A stretch of 64,000 nucleotides of DNA from the NCBI RefSeq assembly GCF_006345805.1, contig NC_042997.1:89900001-89964000 (forward strand), written 5' to 3'. The position numbers were made by a program, and so were the translations under genes. Every line of letters begins with the position of its first letter. Within the stretch, counting starts at the first letter, position 1. The notes below the pieces were generated by a model. It saw nothing but the letters and a program-made list of their open reading frames with translations, had not been told where the DNA came from and did no database searches. Source of the stretch: Octopus sinensis (Eukaryota). Positions 12,331-24,104 of the stretch are shown here, piece by piece.

Positions 12331-14894
12331 AAGCAAGGCGTATCTATGACTATCTTTTCCAATATGCAGTAAGATATAGTTTGATGTTAATTTGACTGCT
12401 ATTTTAGGTAGGTTGAGCTCCTCGTATTTGTCATTTGTAATTCATAGTGACCAGAGTCTTCCCAGTGGGTTTCTCAATCTTGTCAACTCTAGGTTGGTCT
12501 CCTGATTATTGATGCAAGTTAGCTAGCTTACACAGAAAGTAGATATTCAGAGAAAGAGTGGTAGAGTGATAAATTGTGTGTATGTGTGACTGTGTGATTA
12601 AGAAACTGGCTTCCCAACTATGTGGTTTTGTGTTCAGTCTTAATGCATGCTCCTTGGTCAACCCTTACTATAGCCTTGGGCTGACCAAAGTTTTGTGAAT
12701 GGATTTATGACATGCAAACTGAAAGAAGCCTGTCATATATGTGTGTTTGTGTGTACACTTGTTTTGACATTTACATGATGGCTATAAATGAGCATCACTG
12801 TGATTTAAGTGATACTGTTTGCTTCTAATCTTCTGCAAAAAAACATGTATGTTACCTTGTTTGGAAACGGGTGAGGATTGGTGACAAGAAAGGCAGCTGA
12901 CTGTTATATCCGACTATTATATCAGCTTTGAATATCATTCAATCATTCAATATCTTCAATTGTTTTTAAAGTGCTGAGATTTTGTACAATTTATGAAATA
13001 TAAGATTATTATAACAATTTAATAATTACCTGCAATTAACTAATATGTCAACAAAACATTTATCCATGCTTGATAACAGAAATGAATAACTCAATAAGTA
13101 TTTGAATAATAATTTCAAATTTTGGTACCAGGCCAGCAGTTCTGTAATGAGGGTTTAGTTAATTATATCAACCCCAGTACTTGTCTGGTACTTTATTTTA
13201 TTGACCCTGAAAGGATGAAAGGCAAAGTTAACTTCAGTTGAATTTGAATTCAGTATATAATTGGTTGGAAGAAGTACTGCAAGGCATTTTGGAGGCATGC
13301 TAATGATCCTGTCAGCTTGCTGCCTTAAGCACTTGAATAATGGCATTCTTTTTTACTGGTTGTAGCTAATTGGCTGTGTCCATTATTGAGCACTATATTC
13401 AGAAAGAGTTTCAAGTTACCACTTTTTTATTTTCAATTAATTTCTCATAAGAAACATAAGAATGTCTAAGTCTTGAAATAAATATAAAGTATTTCGCATT
13501 GGGATAGTTTCTGATCCTCCCCAATACCAAAGAATATCTGTTTATCAAATATTCCATCTATTTAGTGACCCAGTTTGGAGTTACATTCATAAAATTCTTT
13601 CTCTCAATCTGCTAATGACTATCAGTCATTTGATCTTATTTATCTTTGTCTAAGATGCAAATGACATTATTCTGTGTAAACAGTAGCAGACAAAGTTACA
13701 ACAGCAAATTGGCAGAATCACCAAAGCATTGGATGGAATGCTAAACAGTATTATGTTCTTTGCTATCTGAGTTCAAATCCCACCAAGGTCAACCTTGCCT
13801 TTTGTCCTTTCAGAGTTGATATGAAGTACCAAATGGGAGGCAGTGGATTTGTAGAACTGTTAGAGGGTTGGGCAACTTATTCCAGCTCTTTGCTTTCTGG
13901 TGGCAACATCTGTGACTCCACTGGTGTGCCAAACTGTATCTGCTCATGTCAGCAGCCTTTTCCTTAGATAAACATCAGTGGCATGGAAAGGGAAGACTTG
14001 CATGCATAGACAACTGCCAATCTTCCTCAAAAAGGATTTGAACTCAAAACCTGGACATCCATTATGAGGGAGATTTTACTGCACAAACATGTATAGGCGT
14101 GATTGACTTTTGACTGACAGAAGCCTCAGTACACAAAATTAAACATTTCTTGAGCATTTAATAACAGGTTGATGGTTTGCTTGTTTAAGTCTTGTCTTTA
14201 GTATGAGTATTAATTCTTCCTGTGCCCTCAAGCAGATTTGGCACCAAGTTGATGCAACTGGCTTCTTGGCTGTGATTTTCTCTTCATCCATCCATGCAGT
14301 TTTCAGTCTGCTTGTGTTGGCTCTCTTTACAACATTTTTGTTGATTATATGGTCTTGTTAGTAATGTTCTTAGAATCCTTGAAGTGTTATTTGCCTCAGC
14401 TCTTTGTATTCCAAGTTCAGATCTTGCTGGTCAACTTTGCCTTTCATCCTTTGTTGGGTGGATGGGGTCAGTGAAATGATGCACTGGTCCAGGACAGTGG
14501 TTTGGTAGAACTGTTAAGGTGTTGGACATGATGTCTTGCAGTATTTGTTTTGACCCTTTCTTTTGCGTTCTTGACTAGTTGATTTAAATCTGTTGCTCAT
14601 TTTAACACCACCATTTGGCACCTTAGGTGCCTTTAGCAGAATCCACTCTGTTGCAAGCTGTTTGTCCAATTTGAGGATAACTTCCTCCTACCAGTCTTGG
14701 AAGCCCTGAAAAAATATTATGGCTCATTGGACCCTGCCCTTCCCTTCTGACTAAGCAGTAAAATAAATATTGGGCAGGTGTTGACCAAAACCCTGTGAGG
14801 GTATGTAGTAAATGAAAACTGAAAGAAGCTTGTTGTAAATATATATGTGTGTGCATGTGTATGTATGTGCTTTTGTTTACCCTTGTCTAGACAT

Positions 14895-15780
14895 AACATG
14901 ATGGAACCCTTCAATGTGCAAACCAGCGTCCGACAATCTTCCTGATGGTGGTTGACTGGATCATGAGATAAGCCACAGCAGGCAAGAGGACAGGCATTCA
15001 GTGGATCTTCAATAAACAGTTGGAAGACCTGGACTATGCAGACGATAACAGTCTTCTCTTCCACAAGCAGCAACGTGCACAGGAGAAGTTATGTTGTGTT
15101 GCAGAAGAAGCAGTGAAGATCAACATTAAGAAGACAGGGGTCATGAGAGTGAAAAACAGACAGCAAGACCCATTGTGACTACATCAGGTACATCGATCGG
15201 TTTATTTACCTGGGCAGTGTAATCAGTAATGATGGTGGAACAGATGAAGACATTAAATGCCAAATAAACAAATCCTGACACACCTTCAACAACTTGCAAC
15301 CAATCTAGAGATCAACAGCCCTCTCACTCCAAAAGATCCAGATCTTCAACACATGTTAATTCAGTTCTACTCTATGGTTCAGAAACCTGGTGATTGACCA
15401 AGACTAACACCCACAAGCTCCAGACATTCGCAAACAGATGTCTCAGAAACATCCTTAACATCAAGTGACCTGAGTAGGTCTCCATTGAACAACTGTGGGA
15501 CAAGACAAGAAGAAGCTCCAATCAAGACAGATATCAAGAAGCAAAAATGGGGATGGATAGGCCACGCTCTATGAAAGCCTACACTAAATGTCACCAAGCA
15601 GGCCTGTAACTGGAACCCACAGGAAAAGTGGAAAGTGGGCTGGCCAAAACAGTCTTGGCGCAGAAGTGTCGACAGAGGTGAGGGCAATTGGAATGATCTG
15701 AACTGAGCTGAAGGGGATCCTCCAGAACTGCATCCGTAGAAAAAATGTTATTGCGGCCCTATATTCCCTGAGGTATCAAA
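14895..15780 (+). mobile_element. RTE-clade LINE, decayed reverse-transcriptase and 3' portion with (GA)n end
   Basis: Broken frames read LEDLDYADD (YADD motif at about 15030), FIYLGSVISNDGGTDEDIK, SVLLYGSETW and LQTFANRCLRNILNI, with stops and frameshifts. Confidence 0.88.
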
Positions 15781-15786
15781 AGGCTT

Positions 15787-15828
<42 letters not shown>

Positions 15829-15829
15829 C

Positions 15830-16090
15830 ATCACATGGTTGTTGTAAATAAGCATCATTGTTATACAAATGAGGTTGTCCATTTTCAGTGTTCTGTGAAA
15901 AGCATGTCAAGCTATAGGAAAATACGACCTTGCTTAGAAACAGATGAAGGTTGATGACAAGAAGAGCATACAGCCATAGGAAACCTGCCTCAACAAATTC
16001 TGTCTGACTCATGCAAGCGTGAAAAATTGGATGTTAAATGACTGATGAGGATGATGAGGTTAATGATGAAGATGATTATTATTATGATGA
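15830..16090 (+). mobile_element. SINE-like repeat (ggaaacagatgaaggttg...aatctgcctcaacaaattc...catgcaagc...(gat)n)
   Basis: Related copies at about 2450-2660(-), 50420-50560(-), 57140-57350(-) and 58330-58570(+). Confidence 0.65.
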
Positions 16091-16164
16091 TGATGATAAT
16101 CAATATTGTTGATTGATATACTTTATCCTACCTTGATATTTTGGTAGAGAAATATTATTTGATC

Positions 16165-16508
16165 TATTCCACCAAATCTAACTGTAATTAGATGTCAGGT
16201 GCAAATTAGCAAAAACACTTTTATCAATTTGACTGAAGCAAATTTTAAAAAATCTAATCTGCTGTGATGTAGTAATATCATACATGTGAGTAAGTGAAGA
16301 AATCTCTAACGAAAGAAAGTAGATGGTGAAAGTTAAGGTATTGTACATCTGCCTGCACAGTCTGAATTTCAAAGTCTGCACAACTCAATCTAACTGAAAT
16401 TTAGTGCCATCTTTTCTTGGTTCCATCTACAAAGAAAAATCAGCTGTTTAGTCACAGATAAAATATTTAAAATTTTCTGTTGGTAGCTGGAAAAAAAGCG
16501 ATCATTCA
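16165..16508. repeat. Unclassified dispersed repeat (tattccaccaaatctaactgtaattagatgtc...gatcattc), copy 1
   Basis: Aligns colinearly with 37594-37874; the first 32 nt are identical. Confidence 0.75.
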
Positions 16509-16727
16509 CCCTTTAGCAGTCAGATTACTCGGTGAAATGTAATTTTTATTTATTCACATTGTTTTGAGTTAATCCTACACTTTCTTGTAACTTTGAGATT
16601 TCAATCATGCAATTGTTTATTTTAGAATGATATTGTAAGGTAAGTATGAGAGGTTGGATCTGATAAATTTGAACATAAAGCAGGTAGAGAATTTGGGCCA
16701 GATAAAGCCTGCTTAAATGCTAAAGGG
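16509..16727 (-). mobile_element. piggyBac-type MITE family 2, reverse copy
   Basis: ccctttagcag ... aaatgctaaaggg followed by TTAA; its reverse complement aligns with the adjacent copy. Confidence 0.75.
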
Positions 16728-16731
16728 TTAA

Positions 16732-16933
16732 ACTGGTCATATCTTGTTCAAATATTCTACCTGTTTTATGTTCAAACTTGCTGGATCCAGCCTCTCACAC
16801 CACTCTACACCACTCAGTCTGAAATAAACAATCACATCATTGAAATCTCAAAGCTATAAGATAATGTATGATTAATTTGAAACGAGAATTAATACGCATT
16901 ACATTTGACAAAGTAAATCTGGATGCTAAAGGG
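16732..16933 (+). mobile_element. piggyBac-type MITE family 2, forward copy lacking the first ~12 nt
   Basis: actggtcatatc...attacatttgacaaagtaaatctggatgctaaaggg followed by TTAA; ends about 50 nt before the exon-3 acceptor. Confidence 0.75.
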
Positions 16934-16986
16934 TTAATTTATCATATTGGTTTTTTCACCTTGTTGTTATACTTTCTCATTTTCAG

Positions 16987-17069
16987 GTCATTGAATCTGG
17001 AGCAAGAAAATCGAGAAAAAGAGAAGGATAAAACAAATTACAATGGTTTTTCTGGAGAAAATGATGGAA
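16987..17069 (+). CDS. SPPL3: SPPL3 coding exon (exon 3 equivalent), 83 nt, phase 2/1
   Basis: Acceptor tttctcattttcag|g, donor |gtaggt at 17070. Encodes SLNLEQENREKEKDKTNYNGFSGENDG, like SPPL3 SLNMDFENQDKEKD...SFNG. Lies within track ORF 16868..17155. Only the 17070 donor keeps frame with the next exon; the GT at 17074 does not. Confidence 0.9.
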
Positions 17070-17759
17070 GTAGGTGTATTTTGCTGTTTATTTTGCTTTC
17101 AGTGAATGTATTATTTTACATGCAGGTACATATGCACTCATATTTCAACACATAGATACACATACTCACTCTCTCACACATAGATACTCCCAAGAAAAGA
17201 CATATATATGCAAGCTCATAGATACACACACATGCATATATACAAGCAAACACATACATGTGTATGTAAATGTGTATTTATGTACCTGTTTCCTTCTGTT
17301 TGTTGTTTGTGTGTGTTTACATGTTTCTACATAAGTTCATGTTTGCATACATGTATGTGTATATGTGTGTGCATGCATATGTGTTTGTGTATTTGTATGT
17401 GTGTTTTCATGGTGACACTGAACAAATTAGTGTAGTCTGTAACTTAGTTAAATGTATTCTTTCACTTTCATCTCTCAAATGTATATTAATAGCCCTTACA
17501 AGAGCAACTAGAACTGATAGGGGTTACCCTCTAGTCAGTCTCAGCATGAACAATGCGTGCCAGACTGTTCTTTAATTTTGTGTTTTTCCAGTTCAATTTG
17601 TAAATGTTGTTAAACTTGATTAGATTGATAGATTATCTGACTTTAGTTAAAACCATCAATTGTATGTTGGCTTGCAATTTATTTCAAGTGTGTAGTAATT
17701 CAACAAAGACTAAGTGTATATAATGATGCAATAGAGAATGGTTGATGCTATGATCTGAT

Positions 17760-18330
17760 TAGATCATGTGTGTATAATGATCCAACAGCTACTAGATGTG
17801 TGTACAATGAGTGTCTAGAGACCTGGTGTGTGAAAAGTTATTCACAAGAGGCCAGGTGTGTGTGAATAGTTATCCACTAGAGACTAGGTGTGTGTGTGTG
17901 TGTGTAATGATCCTGTGAAGACCAGGTGTTTGCATGCAGTGATCCAAGAAGGACCTAGTTTGTATAGTATCCAGTAAAGAGCAAGTGTGATTTATTAGAG
18001 ACTACATGCATGTACAATTAACCAACAGTGACAAAGTGCATGTTATAATCTAGTAGATACCAGGTGTGTGTGGTGTCAAATAGATATCGAATGTATGTTA
18101 GTATTCAAGTAGATATCAGGTGTGCATTGTGATTAAGTGGATTTCATGTGTGCATGGTGATCAAATAGATACAAGTGAGTCTAGTGCTGAAGTAGATATC
18201 ATAGTGATCAAATCGATCTTAGGTATATGTAATATTCATGTAGATGTCAAGTGTATGTAAGGATCAAGTAATGTGTGTGTGTGTAGTGATCAATAGATAT
18301 CAGATGTGTGGTGTGATAGAGACCAGCATG
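17760..18330. repeat. Degenerate minisatellite, unit of about 30 bp (tagataccaggtgtgtgt...gtgatcaa)
   Basis: The motif ag.ga.(c/t)(a/c)aggtgtg recurs about every 28-33 nt. Confidence 0.65.
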
Positions 18331-18513
18331 TACAGTGGCTGTTTCTAATAGCAACAATGTCAAAAATTTGAACACTTGCCACAGCACATCATTGCTCACA
18401 TTTAGCTTTTATAATTTCTAGCAAGTACAAGCCTAACTTCAATGAAAACTGAATTTTTTTTTTTAATCAACGTAACAGGTTACATACTCATGTTTTAGAA
18501 GTGAAGGGACATA

Positions 18514-18699
18514 TACTGCATATGCCAGTGTATAAGATGTGCTTCCTATATTCGTAAAATGTAACAAAAAAAAAATGCCATATGTCTACTGTGATTGTAT
18601 CATGGATGGGATACCGAGTATATGATACAAAATATACTTGTAAAGTAGAAATGTATCTTATGCAGGAGTGTATCTTATATGCTGGCAAATATGACACTA
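18514..18699. mobile_element. Possible pogo/Tigger-like MITE
   Basis: Degenerate ends tactgcatatgccagtgtataagatg / tatcttatatgctggcaaatatgacacta recall TACCGTATTT..CGTATAAGACG-type TIRs. A related end lies at about 4568-4620. Confidence 0.4.
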
Positions 18700-19334
18700 C
18701 ATTTATTCACTTGTCATTTCCAAAGATGATAAAAAGTAAACCATAATAATAATGATGAGTAACACCTGTGGAAATTCTGTTTTATAAATTACTTGTTTTG
18801 ATGCATAAATTTATAAATCATCAAAAATATTGTTTTATTATGCTAATGATTTTTGATTGTTTTCAATTTTTGTTCCATTGCTAATGTTGTTTAAATTGTG
18901 ACATTCATACACATCATGACAAACAATAATATCATAGATGGTGGTGGTGGTGGTGATGGTGTTGTTGTCATTGTCACTGTCACTTATGAAACATTTTTGT
19001 AAAGAAGAATTTGTGGGGTCGGTTGGCTTATCATACAGGTATCATCCCCTGGATGGGGGGATAGCCTGAACAGTATTTACAGTGTTCTTTGGAATACAAA
19101 GCAACTAATGAATGAAAGATCAAAGAAAGAGAAATTTGTTGTACTGGCACCCTCCTGATAATGCGAGGAATAATTGAGGTGGTAGTGGTGTTGTTGTTGA
19201 GAGGGGGAAACAGTCAGAAGTCTGGGTGTGTATTTAGCACGGGTATGGGCCATGTGCATCTGCCTTTCTACATGGCTGTTCCTGAATGTATCAATATTGA
19301 TTCAGGAAGTGGCAGGCAAACTTCAACACAGCTG

Positions 19335-19495
19335 TTCTACATATCAACTATCATCATCATCATCACCACCATCATCACCATGACCACCACCTCCATCGCC
19401 ACCACCATCATTACCACCACCTCTATCATCACCATCATCTCCATCATCATTATCACTACCACTGCCACTGTTGCCACCACCACCATCATCATCAG
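19335..19495. repeat. Degenerate (CAC/CAT)n trinucleotide tract
   Basis: Direct. A complementary-type (GTA/GTG/GTT)n tract lies at about 43065-43200. Confidence 0.85.
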
Positions 19496-20484
19496 TGTTG
19501 GCAATATTTCAAAGACTAAGTTAAAGATAATTTAAGACAGAAGACATTCAGGGAAAATAAAAAAAAATTTGATATTATAATGAGGTTTAATGATTAATAA
19601 TATTTTCTGTTTTTAGTCTTGTATTGAAACAGCTACTCTCAATTGTTAGTATAAATTTGCATTGATAACTGTCTGTGTTGATGATCCAAACAATTTCAAT
19701 AGCTCTCATATAGCAAACAGCATTGTTTTAACATTTCAAAAAGAGAACAAGTTTAAACTTGTATAGAGAAATTGCCTTAAACTATGACTCATATTGGTCA
19801 TGTAACAGTAGTAATGTTTCGGTTGATATTATGTAACTGGACATCTGGTAAATTCATTGTGGATAATTACATTGCGGTAAATATATCACCTGTGATTTCA
19901 TTGCAAGCTAATTATATTGCATGCCAAAAACATTGTCAGTAAATTCATCGTCATACTTTTTATCAGTGCAATAAATTACATGACTAGACATTTTTGTTTT
20001 TAAAGTTTTTATTTGCATGCTAAATATATTTAAAGGTTTTATTTGTGCTCTAAATACGTTCATTAATAATGAGAAAATAAAATTCAAATACAAGAAAATC
20101 GTTAATATAGACATGAAAAAAAGCGACAAAAAAACAAGCAAATCAGAGTTGCTTTTAAAAACAGCATCACAAAAAAACAAATGAATCCAGTAAAATAATA
20201 CTATTATAAATTGGAAGAAAAAACATTTTAAAAAGCCAAATAATGAGCACTGTTTGCTTACTTTAGCTCATTGCTTCCAATTGAGCCTTGACCATCAGTG
20301 ACTTTTCTTCACTCTTCTTGACTCTGGACTGTCTTTTCCACTTCTCCCCCATCGGATTCCTGCTTCTCCTCCTGGGGCTTGTTGGTTTTGAATTTTCATT
20401 GATGCATCTGTAATGTTACTTTTTTTCTAGGTAGGGTGTTGGCTCTAAGCAAACCTGTCTTTACATCTGGGAAGATGTGGTTCA

Positions 20485-21393
20485 CATGAGGTGGTATCAA
20501 AAGGTTCCCGGACCAGTTATGTTTAATAGAAAATAACTTATTTACCTAAGTGTTTATATCATCTCCTTCGAAATAGTCACCTTGTGCAGCAATATACCGG
20601 TCCCAGCATTCCTGCCACTTTTGGAATCCTGTCCGGAAGTTGTTTTCTGTAAGCAAGTTGAGGACTTTCTGTGGATCTGGACAATGGTGTTAAAATGGTG
20701 ACCTTTGAGCTGCATTTTCATCTTGGGAAAGAGATGGAAGTCTGCAGGTGGTGACTAGGGCAGGTATGGAAGTGATATCATGTTGGTTTTGGCAAGAAAC
20801 TCATGAGTGATGAGAGCTTGGTGACAGAGTGCCTTGTCATTGTGAAGAATCCTCTTCTTTGTGCTACACAGATCCAGATGCTGTCATTGAATGTCCTCCC
20901 TCAGATGCTTCAAAATGTTGTAGTAGAACTCTTGATTGATGGCCTGGCCCTGGGGGATGAATTCTTGATGCACAATACCACATTTCCAGGGGTGATGCTC
21001 ATGACAGGTCTTGCAGATCATTCATCTTCTTTGAAAAATCACTCATCTTCCACTTTTGAAGCACCTGTGCCACTTGAAACATTGTGCACAACCCATTGCT
21101 TCATCACTATAAGCTTGTCAAAGCATCCTCAATGTCTCTGTAGCAGACTTTCCAAGTTTAACGCGAAATTTCACATTGGCTTTTTGTTCCTGTCCATGAT
21201 AAAATTGCAGACTACAGCATACACGTAATCACAAAAACACAAATTTTACAACTTGCAAAGTAAGCACAGCAATGTCACTCAGCACACAGTCTCATGAAGG
21301 TCACTGCCAGCTCTCACTCTGCATGCAACCATGTGCTGTCATCTGTTGGTATGCTACAGAACTAGTCTGGGAATGTTTTGATACTGCCTTGTA
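20485..21393 (-). mobile_element. Non-autonomous mariner (about 0.9 kb), decayed transposase on the minus strand
   Basis: Ends tgaggtggtatcaaaaggttcccggac / gtctgggaatgttttgatactgccttgta. Colinear with 41405-42305. The minus strand reads GIVHQEFIPQGQ and further mariner-like segments. Confidence 0.85.
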
Positions 21394-22566
21394 TTAGTCT
21401 GGCCTCTATTATTTGACTGGTCTAGCATGTGAGACCCTACCAGAAGCTTCTGGTCTACCAGTATAACTCAGTCATTGAGGCAAAGAAGCCATCATATCAC
21501 AACAAAGACTGAAACTAAGGGTGGGAAAAAAATAATGGGCAATGCCTTTTAAATAAGCAATATTTTGTGTTTTTGATATTCACTGACAGTATATTGAATT
21601 CTCAATGTACTATCTCTGTATTTCTTTTTGTGGTGTGACATTTCTGTTCCAGTAATATTCTGTTTGATTTATCACTTCATTTCTTGATTGTTCTTTCTTG
21701 GGGTTTTCAAAAATTTCTCGATTGTAGGATGGAAATTTTTTTGTTAATTTCTTTTTCATTGTTAATGAAAATGTAAAGTATCTGCTCTGTGAATATAACT
21801 TTTTAATTAATGTCTGGTGATATACTTACTTTGTGGATAAAAAGTATAATAAATTTACTAAGAATATATTTGGCATGAAGATGATTTTATCAATGATATA
21901 TTGGCTCATAATATAATTGCCTTGTTGTGAAACTGTCAGTTGATGAAAATACAAGTAATGTGTTTACCATGCTGTAATTAACAGTAATGACATTATCGTG
22001 ATGAATTAGGTGTGAACCCATGCAGCATTTGCATTATGGTTGCTGTCTGCAGCCATGTAACAGCGTTGTTATGGTTGATATCAAGTAACCATGTTGTTGT
22101 TGTCTACAGATATGGTATCATGGTTTATGTAATCTATTGCGGACATGGCTGTGTGGAGCTAATTTTGCAACCACATGATTTTGGGTTCAGTCCCACTGTA
22201 CAACACCTTGGGAAAGTATCTTCTACTATAGCCCCAAGTTGTGAGTGAATTGGGTGGATCGAAACTATGCAAGCCTCTGTGTGTGTGTGTATGTGTGTGT
22301 GAGTGCATGCATGTGTCACTGCCAGGGGTCATAACAGGGCATTTGCATGTGGTTGCTCCATTTGCTAAAACTAGCACCTGTATTTCCTTCTACTACTGTT
22401 AAAAAATGGAAGGTCATGGTTAGAAAGTCTTTGAACATAGGTCTGCTCTGTTCATGCTGATCTGGAATTCAACAACAGCAATAAAACAACAGCTGTTGTG
22501 CTACATGAACTATACCACTGTTCTGTTGCTCAGCAAATGGTTATGGGGATAGCAGAAATTTTTTTT

Positions 22567-23269
22567 ACCATTTAACATTTAAACTGGCCATATATGGCCC
22601 ATTTTACTCAGTTTATGTTTGAACCAATGAAATCCTGCCTCTGACACTTACCCTACAATGTCAGTCTAAAAAATAAATAATCAACTCATTGAATTCTTGA
22701 AGCTACAAAAAAATGCATCATCATCATCACCATCATCATGTAACCCTTTTGTTACTGTATTTATTTTGAGATGCTCCATGTTTCTTTCAATTAATCTTAA
22801 ATATAACAAAGAATTAAGTAAAATAACTTAGTTATCATTCAGCTAGTGTTAGGAACATAAATTGTGACTAAGGTTTGGTGGAAGATTTTTTATTCAAAAC
22901 TTATGAAAACAAAACATTTGTACTACAGAGCCAGAGCTGGTTTTAGCCGGGTTGGTAACAAAAGGGTTAATGTCTGTTTTCCATGTTGGTATGGGTTTAA
23001 TGGTTTGATGCCAAGCCCTTCAGTCTGCTTTGGCATAGTTTCTATGGCTGGATGCCCTTCCTAACACCAAACACCTTACAGGGTGTACTGGGTAGTTTTT
23101 ATTTAGCATCTACAGCAATGAAGTTACCAAATAATTAACAAGACATGACTCCTTGGCTGAGGTAGTGGAGGAATAGTATTGAGGAAGGTGGCTTTGTGTC
23201 AGATGAGAGGTTAGAGTAATGGGAATATATAAGGATTAAATTTGACAGAGTAATCTGAATGCTAAAGAG
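22567..23269 (+). mobile_element. MITE family 2 copy split by nested insertions (MITE 22744-22966 and a SINE)
   Basis: Left part catttaaactggccatat...aataaataatca at 22.57-22.72 kb; right end tttgacagagtaatctgaatgctaaagag followed by TTAA at 23240-23273. Confidence 0.55.
22744..22966 (-). mobile_element. piggyBac MITE (223 bp) sharing ends with the 32563-33644 element
   Basis: CCCTTTTGTTAC ... GTAACAAAAGGG followed by TTAA (left flank reads gtaa). Its left end (ttactgtattt) resembles the large element's right end and its right end (ttaccaaccc) the left end, so it is inverted relative to it. Confidence 0.82.
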
Positions 23270-23657
23270 TTAAACCAATCCCATTCTTTGGGAATTTAGG
23301 CATATTATATTAACAATGAAATGATCACCTAAATTATAGTTGTAATTGTGATGCTGCATTATTGATGATTTGAGGGCAGTGAGTGGCAGAATTAGTAAAA
23401 CAGCAAACTTAAGTCCTTGTCGTATTTAATTACTTATTCCCCTTTAAATTTTGAGCTCAGACCATGCTGAGATCAACTTTGCCTTTCATCATTCAAGAAT
23501 CAATAAAATAAGCACCATTCAAATATGGGTTAATCTTATTAATATCTTCCAGCCACCACTAAAATGTGCACTTGTGCTCATTTTACAATTCATTGTTTAT
23601 AATTTTATGACAAACATTATATTTATATATATATATGTATATATATATTTTTTTATC

Positions 23658-23855
23658 AATATTTAGCAGAAGCAACAGAGTGACTTAAGGTCCGAGAGTT
23701 TTGTATTTTAGCACCTATCAAACTTATCAAAAAGTTTGATAAGTGCTAAACACACAAGACTTTCAGAACTTGAGTCACTTTGTTGCTTCTGCTAAATATT
23801 AATAACAATATACATATACTCATATTCTGAGTTCCATTTTTCATGTTTGCATCAC
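23658..23855. repeat. Palindromic dispersed repeat (143-nt hairpin plus conserved tail) embedded in (TA)n
   Basis: Arms of about 68 bp at 23658-23800; a second, rearranged copy at 30672-30845. Confidence 0.75.
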
Positions 23856-24062
23856 TATATATATATATATAAGTAAGATCCAAGGACCAAGGTGTATGAA
23901 GTTAGTAAGCTTTGAGCAGTCTGTAGAAGGTATAAAAAACAACTTTCAGGAACAATTGTGGGTTATCGATGTAGAAGGTTGTAAACTTTTCCCATATCAA
24001 AGTCCAATAAGCTCAAAAAATTATTTTATAATTCATGATTACTAGCTGGGGTTGCTAACCAT

Positions 24063-24104
<42 letters not shown>

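Larger units (their letters stand above)
853..16986 (+). other. SPPL3: SPPL3 GT-AG intron, 16,134 bp
   Basis: Canonical GT..AG between two in-frame exons, phase 2. Confidence 0.88.

Noticed and set aside
17074-17079. Alternative exon-3 donor (ag|gtgtat)
   Set aside because: Gives phase 2, out of frame with the phase-1 exon at 54827.
17760-18330. CRISPR-like repeat/spacer appearance
   Set aside because: Eukaryotic intron, degenerate non-palindromic repeats, variable parts related to each other, and no cas genes.
19161-19535. 124-aa Thr/Ile-rich ORF resembling a mucin
   Set aside because: Produced by a (CAC/CAT)n tract; no splice or homology support.
20803-21228. 141-aa + strand ORF
   Set aside because: Antisense reading of the mariner transposase relic.
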